A DNA stretch of 64,000 nucleotides from Marsupella aquatica (GCA_973895155.1 OZ316893.1:2996430-3060429); one strand, 5' to 3'. Positions 40,002 through 53,269 are shown, numbered from the stretch's first letter. The notes: generated by a model from the letters alone, not told the origin. Made by a program: numbers and translations.

Positions 40002-42282
40002 TTCGATCTAAGTAGCTCTCCATCTCCAAATCATTTCTCTCAGGTCAATCATCTGATTGAGGATCTGCTGTCATTCAAAATTATGTTGATTCGTTCATCG
40101 ACCAAAAGTTGTGCGATCGGCAGCCAATCATGTGTACGTTCTGGATCGATGATGCCGTCTGAGACTTAAGGCAATTCAAGTACATTAAGGGTTTGTTAAT
40201 ATAGTTATGTTGTCAATTGAATTCCAGTCTCCAGTTTCTTGAAACTATTTCAGAACAGTATATACATTCTCCAGTCTCCAGTTATTTGTGAAACTACTTA
40301 AGTTTAACACAAACCACATTATGCAGTGAACTCCGACAGTCCTTAAATAATGTACGTTGTTTATAAATTAAAGTGTGGCTCTTAGAGAGTCCTAGATAAA
40401 TGCTTCCTCGCTCGCCTCGCTCAGTCGCTCCAGTTGCACAGACTTTAGAAAACAATAATGTGAAGACAACTAGACTATGAAGCATGAACTCCTTTAAGTA
40501 TGCACCGCTATGTATGAAGAATACGTGACTATTACGAAGTACCGTATTCCGGCTCAGGCACTGCCCCTAAGCTTAACACCGCTTCTATACTGGCATTGCA
40601 GATGATCGAGTAACCAACTTCAAACGTACGCAAGAAGTGCTGTTCATGCAGAACTTCCTGAATCATGGCCATAGCCGTAACAATCTCTCAGTAACTGGAG
40701 AGAGGCAACAAACAAGTACCGAACAGAGTAGTGTCCATTGTCGTAACAATCTCTTACCAATAGGAGAGAGGCAACTCCCAGTTTCAGAACAGGGTACGTG
40801 GGCAGTGTCCAGGAAGGAAAACGCACAGTTGGGTTCCGGTTAGGTTCAACTCTATGGATGAAACGGCAAGAATCGTGCACTACAGATCTAGACGCATATA
40901 TATGGTACCAGGAAAAACTCTACAGTCCTTGCCGTTCCATCCGAGGGCTATTCTCTCAAATCAATAAGTACTTTCTTGTCTTGTGTTTGCAAATATATTC
41001 ACGTCAAACGTAAAGTCTCCTGAATATGCGAACGGAGATGCGTTCCCACTGACTACATGTTAATTAAGCTCGTTCAGTGGAATATGTTGAATCAGATATG
41101 CCGTCCGATGAATATTCTTCATGTAGTGGAGGCTCTGAGCTTCGTAAAAACGTACGTAAGTGGATGGAAGCGCTCAGGCGCAACAGCGTTGTCACAAGTT
41201 CTTGACAACTGTGACTATCTCAACCCTAACACATGACAAGAGTTGTCTTTGAGCAAGTGGAATTTTACGGTAAAACGAGAACGATGGGTTCCGCCATTCT
41301 CTCTCGTAAGATCAGACAAGATCCCGAATTCCAATGCACGTTAAATAAAAAGACGGCGCATCACCGATAATATACCAACTATATCTTCAGCAACAGCAAA
41401 GAGGGCACCAAAGAGGGAGACATGAGGAAACCCGTATTATAGGCAAACTCCATACAGTTGGAGATGCTCAGGCAACCAGTGAACAGAGGGAGAGAAAGAG
41501 TACCGAGTTTGAAAAGTCCTTTCAATAAGACTAAAGAACACTTCGAAAACTAAAAGAAACAAACAGCCAGGTCCATCGCCAGAGAGGGTTTGGTCCGAAA
41601 ACCACAATCTAGTACTATAAAAAAATGATGATGGTTCATGTGTTTCTGAAAATTGTTTTTGGGAATGCATGATTTAGCATCCCAAACAATGTACATTAGA
41701 GAAAGAGACCATGTTTTCAATCAATCGATCTTCATCTATGTCTATTTCGCACCTGAGTGAAAGAATAGTGAACGAATATCTGTTCATACATGCACGAGAC
41801 CTTACATTCAGAGTTACTCTATTTGCAAAAGCATGACCAGAAAACTGAAAGACCTTGTGAGTCAAAGACAAAGAGAACGTGTGAAGTTGTGCGAGACGAG
41901 AGAAACAAATTAAGCATGCATCGCTGCATTGGTGAAAACCTGTGAATATTTTGGTGGGGGCGAATATCCTCACCGATATGCTTGGGAATGACGAACAATT
42001 ACTTTGGTGCGAACAGCGGTGCCGCCCTGGATACCATTTGGTGGGCATGTCTCAATTCAAGGCAAACGAAACAATTATATAACGGCACGGAGCTGCTGAA
42101 CTTCCCATTCAGTTCCTCTCAATTGCAGTGTACGTTGCGAGAAATACTTTATCATCCTGACTCGATCAGATTGCGCCTAAGCATTTGATCGGTTCGATCG
42201 CTCGCTGCTTCCGCATCGTGACACACTGCTCTGACTAGTCAGCAGCGTTTCGGTTTTCCAACAGCGAGCGCCTAAGTCTGAC

Positions 42283-42687
42283 ATGGCCGTTTCGGGTTTT
42301 ATCCTCTGGGCCTATGCCTCTGCGCTTCTTCTCTGTTTTGCGGGAACTGCGAACTGCACAGTGGTTTACAACTCTGTCGTTTATAGTGATGCCAACGGCG
42401 GTCCTAATTTGCTCAATGCCAACCTTGATGACAATGCCCTGATAAGTGTGTGCACTCTTTCAGCAGTGCCGTGGTCTGGGGCAGATTCCACAATGTCGAT
42501 GGACTGTGGTTCTTCCGGCTACTCTGTATCTCTTTCATATACTAGGATTGGTGAAAACGGTTTAATAAGAACAGACGTGTATGTTTCGCGCCTAGGCTTC
42601 AGCGGCGTTTTCTCTTGCGACGAATGCACGTCCGATTGCAATTGTGACCAACTCAATTGCACCACCTGGTCAGGTTCAGTTTGGTAG
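42283..42687 (+). CDS. Small secreted Cys-rich protein, copy 1 (134 aa)
   Basis: Hydrophobic signal-peptide-like N-terminus; 8 Cys from residue 25 on, with C-terminal CxxCxxxCxCxxxxC; TATA-like tatataa ~200 bp upstream; intronless. Confidence 0.85.
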   Translation: MAVSGFILWAYASALLLCFAGTANCTVVYNSVVYSDANGGPNLLNANLDDNALISVCTLSAVPWSGADSTMSMDCGSSGYSVSLSYTRIGENGLIRTDVYVSRLGFSGVFSCDECTSDCNCDQLNCTTWSGSVW

Positions 42688-43112
42688 GTGCATTCCACAT
42701 CAGGATGGAGTCACTGTGTCGTCTGTGTGCAAGAGATGGAGTCGAACGGTGTCGGCAGCTGTGAAATGAAACTTAGCATAATTATACAAATGCTGGAAGA
42801 GAAGACATCGTTCAAGGGGCGAACTAGTTCAATATGTTATATAGAGACGACAAAGCTTATCAAACGATGGGTTGGATCTAGCTTGATGCGTGGCTGCTAG
42901 ACTTGAGGCCGAAATAGTGCAGACATAGTTGGTATGCGCATGAGATATCAAAACGTAGATGCGAACGTACTTCAGGTTTTCATTTTTGGGCAGGTCGACC
43001 CGGAAATGTCTTAGATTGGAGATCGAAGTTTTGTCGACGTAGATGTGAGCGACTGACAGTAATTAAATTGAGGGTGCTCAACCAGTTTATTCTATCTGTT
43101 CACAGAATATCT

Positions 43113-44261
43113 ACACCAGGTTAAATCAACACCGCATTAAGGCTCCCAAGCCTTCTTGGGGCCAGTACCCTGCCCGTCACAAATCCCAAAGCTACTGCCC
43201 GAAATCCCAAAGCTACTGCCCGCAAACCTGCTTGACCGTCAATCACCGTTCTGGCGGACTCAAAATGTATTAGCCCCCGATCCATCAACCGACGGAAAAG
43301 TTTGGTTCTTTTCAAATTTGAAGCCCCTTAGGCCGCAGGACATGCCTAGCCTTGAACGCCCATGTCTTCCTCTATTTTCGTCCTTTGTTTTAATTCTCAT
43401 TTTTTGTTATTGTGGTTTGTTGTTTGCATTTGTGTGACTGTTTTGGCAGCCCCGCATTTGCGCAACTGTAAGAATTGTCGCATTTTTGTGGCTGTTCTGG
43501 CAGCCCTGCGTTTGCACAGCTATAAGGGTGGACATTTATTACGGCAGGAAGAGAGGAAGAAGGACTATGGCTTTGAGGACAACAAAAGCAAGGGAACAAG
43601 CAGCTTCGTCTCAAATTACCAATATGGTAAGTTCTATATTTTTTGTTTGTTCCAATTTATGTTCTATCCCTACGACAACTCTTATAGCTTCACAATGCGG
43701 GGCTGCCAGAACAATCATACAAATGCAACAAGCTTTATAGCTGCGTAAACGTGGGGTTGCCAGAACAGTCACTTGAATGCGACAACCCTTACAACTGCGC
43801 AAACACGGGGCTGCCAAAATAGTCTCACGAATGCAAGCAACAAACATAGGTGCACAACTGCGACAACCCTTATAACTGGGTGATTGCAGGGCTGCCAGAA
43901 CAGTCACACCAACGTGACAATTCTTATAGTTGCGTAAACACGGGGCTGCCAGAACAGTGACATGAATGCAAACAACAAACCACAATGACAAAAACTGAGA
44001 ATTACGACAAGGGACAAAAATAGAAGGAGACGTGGGTGTTCAAGGCTAGGCATGTCCCGCATCCTAAAGCACATCAAATTCGAAAAGAATGGAACTTTTC
44101 TGTCTGTCGACGGATCGGGGGCTAATACATTTAGAGTCTGCCAGAACGGTGATTGACGGTCAAGCGGGTTTGCGGGCAGCAACTTTGGGATTTGTGACGG
44201 GCAGGGTACGGGCCCCAAGAAGACTGGGGAGCCTTAATGCGGTGTTGATTTAACCTGGTGT
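43113..44261. mobile_element. Non-autonomous foldback DNA transposon with long TIRs (MULE-like)
   Basis: acaccaggttaaatcaacaccgcattaaggctccc is inverted at both ends; arms match for more than 300 bp; internal ~57-bp subrepeats; TSD gaatatct (43105-43112/44262-44269); absent from the sister units. Confidence 0.88.
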
Positions 44262-44366
44262 GAATATCTAAACGGTAAATCTCTTTTGTAGCGGAGAATT
44301 AAAAATCTTGACTTCGTCTACTACTGTCTGTACGATCTCGCCAAGTCTCTGAGTTCCATACATGTT

Positions 44367-45353
44367 GAAATGAAGAAAAGATGTAGAGGTGAGCAAAATA
44401 TGTCAAGGTAATAAAAGATGGTGACAGAAGCAAAAAGATGTCAAAGTAATAGAAGATGTCAAGGATGTCAAAGTAATAAAAGATGTCAAGTAGAGAAGAA
44501 AAATATTGAGATGAGAAAAAGATTTTGAAGGGAGATAAAATATTTTGAGGAGAGAAAATATATGTGGTGGGTAAAAGATGTGGAGATAAAGTAATTATTG
44601 AGACATCCTATGTATCATCCCAGCCATATAATCATTGTGGCCATGTTCATCACCCTGTGGGTCGCACATAAGAAGTCATGCATAAAAGACGTTGTTGCAG
44701 AAAATATACACTTGCCTAAAAGATGTCCATGTTCAAAAACTAAGATGGTATGGCCCAAACGGGGAAGGACAAAAATCTATTTTAGCAAAAATTAGAGGGT
44801 TCACCTGCAAAAATATGGGAATAAATGGTTTATGATGAGATTTCTTACAATTTCTAGCTGAAAAATTTCACCATTACAAAAAAAGAAAAAGCTCAATTGC
44901 TTTTATAAAAACTGTCCCCCTCACTAAAAACAAAAAAAAGGATAAAGATGTATACCACAAAATTGAGCTTGAGTCTTTGGGTATCAGATGGCAGGAGTCA
45001 GTGAATAATACCAATAAGATTTGTGGCTAATTAATGAGTTCTGGAAAAAGTTAAACTTAAGAAAACACACGCAAAAGACAAAGTGGGAGAAAGCCAACTA
45101 ACCAAGTGTAGAAAACGAATTAAAGGGAACACAAGCAAAATAACAAGCAAAGGACAAATTGGGAGAAAGGTAACTTAAGGTACAACAAGAAATAAAAGGG
45201 ACACTATCCAACAGGTATGGATTTTGTCCAATCCAGGGTCACAAAAAGGACACACTTTAAATAGAAGGGTTGGAATTATTGATTTCCGCCAAGTCTACTT
45301 TTGTAAGCAGACTATGCTCAAAAAATAGCTGGATCCAGTATTATAGTGTGTGA
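44367..45353 (-). mobile_element. Truncated Helitron-like element
   Basis: aaaagatgt-rich interior like 55.1-55.7 kb; minus-strand 5' end TCACACACTATAATA abuts tatctttagcaacacc, the same site used by the 55064-57283 element; the 3' CTAG end is missing. Confidence 0.5.
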
Positions 45354-45396
45354 TATCTTTAGCAACACCAAAGAGGGAGACATGAGGAAGCCCCTA

Positions 45397-46759
45397 CTGT
45401 CTTCCCCCAAACACAGCGCCCGGGCGCTCTGTTCGAATATGGTCAAAACAGGGACTTTAGGCCCGGGGTCCTCACTTCTTTTCTTCCGACCCATCACGCG
45501 CGAATAAGTATAGGGTTTTTTTATTGGGTTGAGTGAAATACTTTTAAATTTTTGTTGAAGAACATTAGGGTTATTTTAATCCAATTTTGAGAATTAGAAG
45601 AATCATAGGGTTTTTTAAAATCCAAATGGGGAATATTCTATTAAGTTAGGGGTAAAAAAATTCCTTAAAAAAACATTATTGACTTAACTTCTAGGGTGTT
45701 TATTCCCCCAAGACTTCGAGCATGATATGAGACACCCCTTGGATTGAGGCCCCCGAGACTTTAGGCAAAAAAGACGTTTTCACTCAAACACAACGCCATA
45801 TTAACACAGCGCCCGGGCGCTGTGTTCGAAATTGACTGTGTTTGAAAATGCACAAGTGACTATAGGAGAAAGGTAACTGGGTTGCAACTACAATACGTTA
45901 CTTAAATTCGTCCGACACATCCGCACTTTCAACTTACAAAACCCATCGTCCTTTGAGAAATGCAAGCTAATTTCAAAATCCTTCATTCTCGGAAAAGTGT
46001 GTGCTCTTTCCAAAATGTTAAGCAGCAATCCAGAAGTATCAATATATTCTTCTGCTGTGTGAACTTTCAACGGACTTTCACATCAACCTCTGACTGACGC
46101 CACGGCATCTTGTCAAAGAAACCATAGTGCCTATGTGCATAATTAGGTCTGATGACTCACTTTCTCTATTTCCAATTTTCCATTGCCCTCAAGATCAAGG
46201 CACTCCAATAGAAACAAAGCAGTCTCACGAACATTCCAGGCTGCATGAAAAAAATTAAATAATAGAAACAAGCAAATTGGCCACATTAAACTAAACAACT
46301 GTGAAAAGTGGACGAATATGTTTTACTAAGTGATAATAGTACACTTGGTAAGTATGGTTTGTCAGATGTTTTCTATTGAAATTTGATTTCTCCCCTTGTG
46401 TAATTTTGGTGGTTCAATTATTTAGCTACACATCCTTGGACCTGAGAAAATATTGTTGGGAAGTCAAAAAACCTAAACTTGAACACACTCTTCTCTAATA
46501 CACATAACTTCTATGCCTATCATTCCTACTTACACCCTACATCTCACCAAGCCAAACTTCAAGCACATTACCTTAAATTTGAACACAACTCTACATTTTG
46601 AACACAATGCCACATTTCTAACACAACGCCACAAGTTCAAAAAATGAAAACATTGACTTCAAACTCAAACATAGCGCCCTGGGCGCTATATTCGAATAGA
46701 GCGCCCCTTGGCTCACTATTCGAATATAGTGCCCGGGCCTTGTGTTCGGGGGAAGACGG
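45397..46759. mobile_element. Non-autonomous Tc1/mariner-type DNA transposon
   Basis: TIRs ctgtcttcccccaaacacagcgcccggg / cccgggccttgtgttcgggggaagacgg; TA duplicated on both sides; empty site cccctagtgtaggca present at 50936-50950. Confidence 0.85.
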
Positions 46760-47710
46760 TAGTGTAGGCAAATTTCATACCGTTAGTGATGCTTAGGCAA
46801 CCGGTGAGGTGAACAGAGGGAGAGAAAGAGTACCGGGTTTGAAAATCCTTTCAATTAATAAGACTCAAGAACACTTCGAAAACTAAACGAAACAAACAGT
46901 CAGGTCAATAGCCAAAGAGTGTTTGGTCACAAACCACAATATAGTACTTTCAGTCCCGGGTTTCACTCTCAATGGCCAAAGCGTGTTTGGTCACAAACCA
47001 CAATATAGTACTTTCAGTCCCGGGTTTCACTCATTCAGGATAAAACAATGATTGAAGGTTCACGTGGCAATGCATGATTTAGCATCCCCAAAATATACTC
47101 AGATTACATTCGAGAAAGAGAGCATGTTTTCAATCAATCTTCACCTCTGTATATTCTCTGTATATGCCGTACCTGAGTGAAAGAATTGTGAACAAAATAT
47201 CTGTTCACATGCACGAGACCTTACGTTTGGTGTTACTCTATTTGCGAATCCATAACCAGAAAACTGAAAGACCTTGTGAATCAAAGACAAAGAGAAGGTG
47301 TGAAGTTGTGCGAGAAGAGAGAAACATGCATCGCTGCATTAACGAGCGTGAAAACCTATGAAGATTTTGGTGGGGGTGAATATCCGCTCGGATATACTCA
47401 GGAATGACGAACAATCACTTTGGTGCGAACGGCAGTGCTGCCCTGGATATCATTTGGTGGGCATGTTTCAATTCAAGGCAAACGAAATAATTATATAACG
47501 GCACGGAGCTGCTGAACTTCCCATTCAGTTCCTTTCAATTGCAGTGTTGTGAGATATATATACTTTATCATCCTGACTCGATCAGATTGCCCCTAAGCAT
47601 TTGATCGGTTCGATATAGTTCGATATATCGCTTGCTGCTTCCGCATCGTGACACTGCTCTGACTAGTTAATAGCGTTTCGGTTTTCCAACAGCGAGCGCC
47701 TAAGTCTGAC

Positions 47711-48115
47711 ATGGCCGTTTCGGGTTTTATCATCTGGGCCTATGCCTCTGCGCTTCTTCTCTGTTTCGCGGGAACTGTGAACTGCACAGCGGTTTATAAC
47801 TCTGTCGTTTATGATGATGGCAACGGCGGTACTACTTTGCTCAATGCCAACCTTGATGACAATGCCCTGATAAGTGTGTGCACTCTTTCAGCAGTGCCGT
47901 GGCCTGGGCCAACTGGCACAGTGTCGATGGATTGTGGTTCTTCCGGCTACTCTGTATCTCTTTTATATAGTACGGCTGATGAAAACGGTTATATCGGAAC
48001 AGACGTGTATGTTTCGCGCCCAGGCTTCAGCGACGTTTTCGCTTGCGACGAATGCATGAACGCTTGCAATTGTGGCTTACCTAATTGCGTCACCTGGTCA
48101 GGTTCAGCTTGGTAG
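47711..48115 (+). CDS. Small secreted Cys-rich protein, copy 2 (134 aa)
   Basis: Colinear paralogue of 42283-42687 with all Cys conserved. Confidence 0.85.
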   Translation: MAVSGFIIWAYASALLLCFAGTVNCTAVYNSVVYDDGNGGTTLLNANLDDNALISVCTLSAVPWPGPTGTVSMDCGSSGYSVSLLYSTADENGYIGTDVYVSRPGFSDVFACDECMNACNCGLPNCVTWSGSAW

Positions 48116-49687
48116 GTGCATTCCACATCAGGATGGAGCCACTGTGTGTGTGCAAGAGATGGAGTCGAACGGTGTCGGCAGCTGTGAAATGAAACCTAGC
48201 ACATATGCTGGAAGAGAAGACATCGTTCAAGGGCGAACTAGTGCAGTATGCTATATAGAGACGACAAAGCTTATCAACGATGGGTTGGATCTAGCGAGAT
48301 GCGTGGCTGCTAGACTTGAGGCAGAATTAGTGTAGACATAGTTGTTACGCGCATGAGATACCAAAACGTAGATCCGAACTTCAGGTTTTCATTTTTGGGC
48401 AGGTCGACCCGGAAATGTTTTAGATTGGAGATCGAAGATTTGTCGACGTAGATGTGAGCGACCCGGTGAGCGACTGATAGTAATTAAATTGAGGGTGCTC
48501 AACGACTTTCTTCTATCTTTTCACCGAATAACTAAACGGTATATCTCTTTTGTAGCGGAGAAAAATCTTGACTTTGTTTAGTAATATCTGTACATTTTCG
48601 CCAAGACTCTGAGCTCCATACATGGTCCTATAGTCGCCAAGACTCTGAGTAACATTCATGTTCCCACGGTACGTATAAGTCAAGTTTCAAGTATAATTGA
48701 AGCAGTTTCATATATAATTCAAGTACATACTACTGAAAAAAAACTATTGTACAGTTCAAAAATGTCAAAGCTCACTATCCCAGTTTCTTGGCTAAACATT
48801 CCAACATTCCAGATATGTCTGAGCACCGAGTTCTTGCACGTTAGTCTAACGGAGACGAATATTGAGATCTCAGAATTGAACGATCTTCTAGATCTGGCGG
48901 TTTAATTGAGACGAATATTGAGATTGAGAATTCAACGATATATCTTCTAGTTCTGGCGATGGAACGGCAGGGATCTTGCAGCTTCAGATCTAAACGGTCG
49001 TGTATAGCACCAGGGAAATTCTGTCGATCGTTCACGACTTCATATTGTATTCCCTAAAGGGCCCTAAAACACGACAGTCCAAAGGCAGTTTCCATTGTTC
49101 GACCATTTCTGTGTTTTTGACATACCCTTCCCCACCCGCCACCTCTATATATGATTCCCTCCTGGACACTCTGACCTCTATTCTGTACTCGTGGGTTGCC
49201 TCTCTCCAGGTGCTGGTCCAAAATTGCATGTTATACCCCTTATTGACGTGAACCCAAGCCGCTCCCTCCCACCGAAAACACCAGCCTGCATTAGATCGTC
49301 CAAGCATTTGATTGCACTAGCTCCGGTGCCTGGAACCCAGTATCCCGGTATACGCTGAGAGCTAGTGTTTCCACCAATATATTGCAATCCAATTTAGAAT
49401 ACATCTCATACTCAAGCTCAGGAATCAAGATATCTCATCATCAGGACTGAATGCAATTTACACAGGTTCCCAGAGTACATGTTATTTAAGCTCTTTCAGT
49501 GGAACATGTTGGATCAGATATGCCGTCCGATGAATATTCTTCATGTGGTGGAAGCTCTGAGCTTAGTAAAGAACGTACGTACGTGGATGGAAGCGCTCAG
49601 GCGCAATTGCGTTGTCACAAGTTTGAGAACTGTGACTTTCGCAACCGTTACATGACAAATTAGACTTTTGAGCAAGTGGAATTTTAC

Positions 49688-50767
49688 GAGATATATGCTT
49701 GATGGGCCCGAGAACTGTGACTTTCACAACCGTTACATGACAAATTAGACTTTTGAGCAAGTGAGATTTTAGTAAATATATGCTTGATGGCCCCCAGGTG
49801 AACCTTTCTTACTTGATGGCCCCTAGATAACGTTTTTTTACCAAGTAGGACCCCTCTTAATGACCAGTACACCTGTTCTTGTGTGGTGCCTACATTTGTA
49901 CTTGTGTGGTGCCTACTATGTATGGTGACTTCAAACAAACTGCACAGTTGAATCGTGCGGTAAACCTTGCATGGTCGACTGAGAAACCATAGAGATTCGG
50001 GAGAAACCGCGAAAAGCGACTGTCACTTTCGAAACTATGATTTGAAGACAATATGCATTATGTCTTCGGATTCAATGGGTTAATGCCTGAAGACTCAATG
50101 GATTATGTCTTCCCGTGTTTCAAGGTTTAGGGTTTAGGGTGTACCCCGACATGTTTGGGTCTGTCTTCTTTGGAAATTGTTTGTATGCATTACACAAGGG
50201 AGTATTACCATTTTTTGAGCGCATTTGTCAATCATTTGCCAATTTTTGTTGTGGTTGCAGTAGGCAAATTCCGAACATTGAACTTGAATATTCTTTGTGG
50301 ACATTTGGAGGTACCCGACACTGACGCTGATAGTCGTGCATGAAAACATCGTGAAAAACCCATGTGCGCAACATGAAAAACATAGCTAATAACTACCCCA
50401 CGATACGGTAAAAATTTGAACCCAAAAACATAATCCATTGTGTCTTCAGACATTAACCCAGTGAATCCGAAGACATAATGCATATTGTCTTCAAATTACA
50501 GTTTCGGCAGCGGCAGTCGTTTTTCGCGGTTTCTCCCGAATCATCTCCGTGGTTTCTCGGTCGACCATGCAAGGTTGACCGCACGGTTCAACTGTGCAGT
50601 TTGCTTGGAGTCACCATACATAGAAGGCACCACACAAGGACAGGTGTAGGCACCACACAAGAACAGGTGTACTGGTCATTAAGAGGGGTCATACTTGGTA
50701 AAAAAAGTTCCCTAGGGGCCCATCAGGTAAGAAAGGTTCACCAGGGGGCCCATCAAGCATATATCTC
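49688..50767. mobile_element. Mutator-like (MULE) non-autonomous element with ~340-bp TIRs
   Basis: Termini gagatatatgcttgatgggccc / gggcccatcaagcatatatctc; near-perfect 10-bp TSD ggaattttac/gggattttac; left end includes a local ~80-bp duplication. Confidence 0.85.
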
Positions 50768-51825
50768 GGGATTTTACTCCAAAATTACAACTATGCGTTC
50801 GGCCAGTCTCCCTCGTAACATCCGACAAGATGTTTAGATCCCGAATTCCAAGGCACGTTAAATAAACAGACGGCGCGTCACCGATAATATACCAAGTATT
50901 CCTTTAGCAACACCAAAGAGGGAGACATGAGGAAACCCCTAGTGTAGGCAAATTCCATACCGTTAGAGATGCTTAGGCAACCGGTGAACAGAGGGAGAGA
51001 AAGGGTACCAGGAATGAAAATCCTTTCAATTAATAAGATTAGAAACACTAAAAGAAACAAACAGTCAGGTCAATTGCCAAAGATTGTTTGGTCACAAACC
51101 ACAATATAGTACTTTCAGTCCCGGGTTGCACTCATTCAATATTTCAATATAAAACAATGATGAACGTTCACGTGGCAATCCATGATTTAGCATCCCCAAA
51201 ATATACTTCAGATTACATTTGAGAAAGAGAGCATGTTAATTTTCAATCAATCTTCACCTATGTTCTATTTCGGACCTGAGTGAAAGAATTGTGAACAAAT
51301 ATCTGTTCACATGCACGAGACCTTACGTTTAAGGTTTAGGGTTACTCTATTTGCGAATTGACCAGAAAACTGAAAGACCTTGTGAATCCAAGTCAAAGAG
51401 AAGGTGTGAAGTTGTGCGAGAAGAGAGAAACAAATTAAGCATGCAAATTAAGCATGCACCGCTGCATTAATGAGGGTGAAAATTATGAAAATTTTAGTTG
51501 GGGCGAATATCCCCTCGGATATGCTTAGTAATGACGAACAATTACTTTGCGTGCAAACGGCGGTGCTGCCTCGATATGATTTGGTGGGCATGTTTCAATT
51601 CAAGGCAAACGAAATAATTATATAACGGCACGGAGCTGCTGAACTTCCCATTCAGTTCCTTTCAATTGCAGTGTTGTGAGATATATATACTTTATCATCC
51701 TCACACGATCACATTGCATGCCCCTAAGCAATTGATCGGTTCGATCGCTTGCTGCTTCCGCACTGTGACACACTGATCTGACTAGTCAGTAGCGTTTCGG
51801 TTTTTAAACAGCGCCTAAGTCTGAC

Positions 51826-52243
51826 ATGGCCGTTTCGGGTTTTATACTCTGGGCCTATGCCTCTGCGCTTCTTCTCTGTTTTGCGGGAACTGCGAACTGC
51901 ACAGCGGTTTACAACTCTGTCGCTTATAATGACGGCAACTTAACGGCAGTCCTACTTTGCTCAACGCCAACCTTGATGACAATGCCCTGATAAGTGTGTG
52001 CACTCTTTCAGCAGTGCCGTGGCCTGGGCCAGATGCCCAGATGGCACAGTGTCGATGGACTGTGGTTCTTCCGGCTACTCTGTATCTCTTTATTATACTT
52101 TGGCTGATGAAAACGGCTATACAGGAACAGTCGTGTATGTTTCGCGCCCAGGCTTCAGCAACGATTTCGCTGGCGACGAATGCATATACGCTTGCAATTA
52201 TGGCTTACCCAATTGCGTCACCTGGTCAGGTTCAGCTTGGTAG
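51826..52243 (+). pseudogene. Secreted Cys-rich gene copy 3, frameshifted
   Basis: 418 nt versus 405 in intact copies: +5 nt (ttaac, ~51940) and +8 nt (cccagatg, ~52036); premature TGA at ~51988; two C-terminal Cys lost. Confidence 0.85.
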
Positions 52244-52865
52244 GTGCATTCCACATTAGGATGGAGTCACTGTGTCCTCTGTGTGCAAGAGATGGAGTCG
52301 AACGGTGTCGGCAGCTGTGATACTTAGCATAATTATTCACATGCTCGACAAGAAGACATCGTTGCAGGGTGAACTAGTGAATCTTTGAGGGACGCTGTGA
52401 GAAGCAGGCCGTGTCAGCTCAATGGATCTTGTCAGCATCTCAAGCCGGATCGTTATTACGCTCCTGGAAGCATCGACGGAGTCCATAAAGCAAATAAAGA
52501 GAATTCTTTGGCGATGATGTGCATTTCACCTTCTCTTGTCGGACAGTCCCCAGACCTTCGAATCGTAGTCGGAATCAATACAAAAATCTACGCGGTCTAA
52601 TTCACAAATCTTTTCTCCTTTACAAGTGTCCATTAGATAATGCAAAACATTGTTGTTACCCGGTTCTATTATTCGATCAATGCAATCAGCGCTGCCCTTA
52701 ACTATATAAGGACTCCTTCAACTCGCTACTGAGAAAACGACTGGTACCGTAGGAAAAAGTAGGCGCGTAGCAGAGCAATGACTGTGTAGGGCGGAATGTT
52801 CTCACGAGTGAAGGCCTTCCAACCAGACGAGAGATCATGGGGGTTGGTGGCCCATCTCCTACCAC

Positions 52866-52960
52866 TAAAACAATTAACTTTTCATTTAAAACGGAGTTCT
52901 GCTGGAAGAAATTCATCAGGGCGTATTATGGTTTTTCACCGAGGGGGTGGATCGAACGTT
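52866..52960 (+). pseudogene. rpl2: Mitochondrial rpl2 fragment within NUMT
   Basis: LKQLTFHLKRSSAGRNSSGRIMVFHRGGGS matches the uL2 N-terminal GRNSSGRITVFHRGGG motif. Confidence 0.8.
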
Positions 52961-53269
52961 TTCAAAACTACGGAGGATTCATTTCACCAGGTTCGAATTT
53001 ATTGACCGATGCCCTGGAGGGCGAAGGCCTTCCACCCACATGGGGAGTATTCTTCTTCTGGTGCTCGAAGGTTTTGTGTTGCTAAGACATGCTCTGGTTC
53101 AATCCTTGACCACTGGAGACTGACGAAGACTACTCCGTGAAAATGGGGGATACCAATGAGCTCAGTTTTTACGCCGTGTGGCTCATTCCGGAAAGAATAT
53201 GACCATGATACAAAGTTTTAATACGGTACTCTCCGACGAACGAAGCTCTCGGAGCATTGTACACTTCAC

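Noticed and set aside
43156-44218. Paired similar ORFs on opposite strands (GPVPCPSQIPK...)
   Set aside because: Mirror translations of the foldback TIRs; non-ATG starts; no transposase motifs
42283-48115. DGR-like targeted mutagenesis as the source of paralogue variation
   Set aside because: Substitutions are not adenine-specific and there is no template repeat or dedicated RT; ordinary selection explains the pattern
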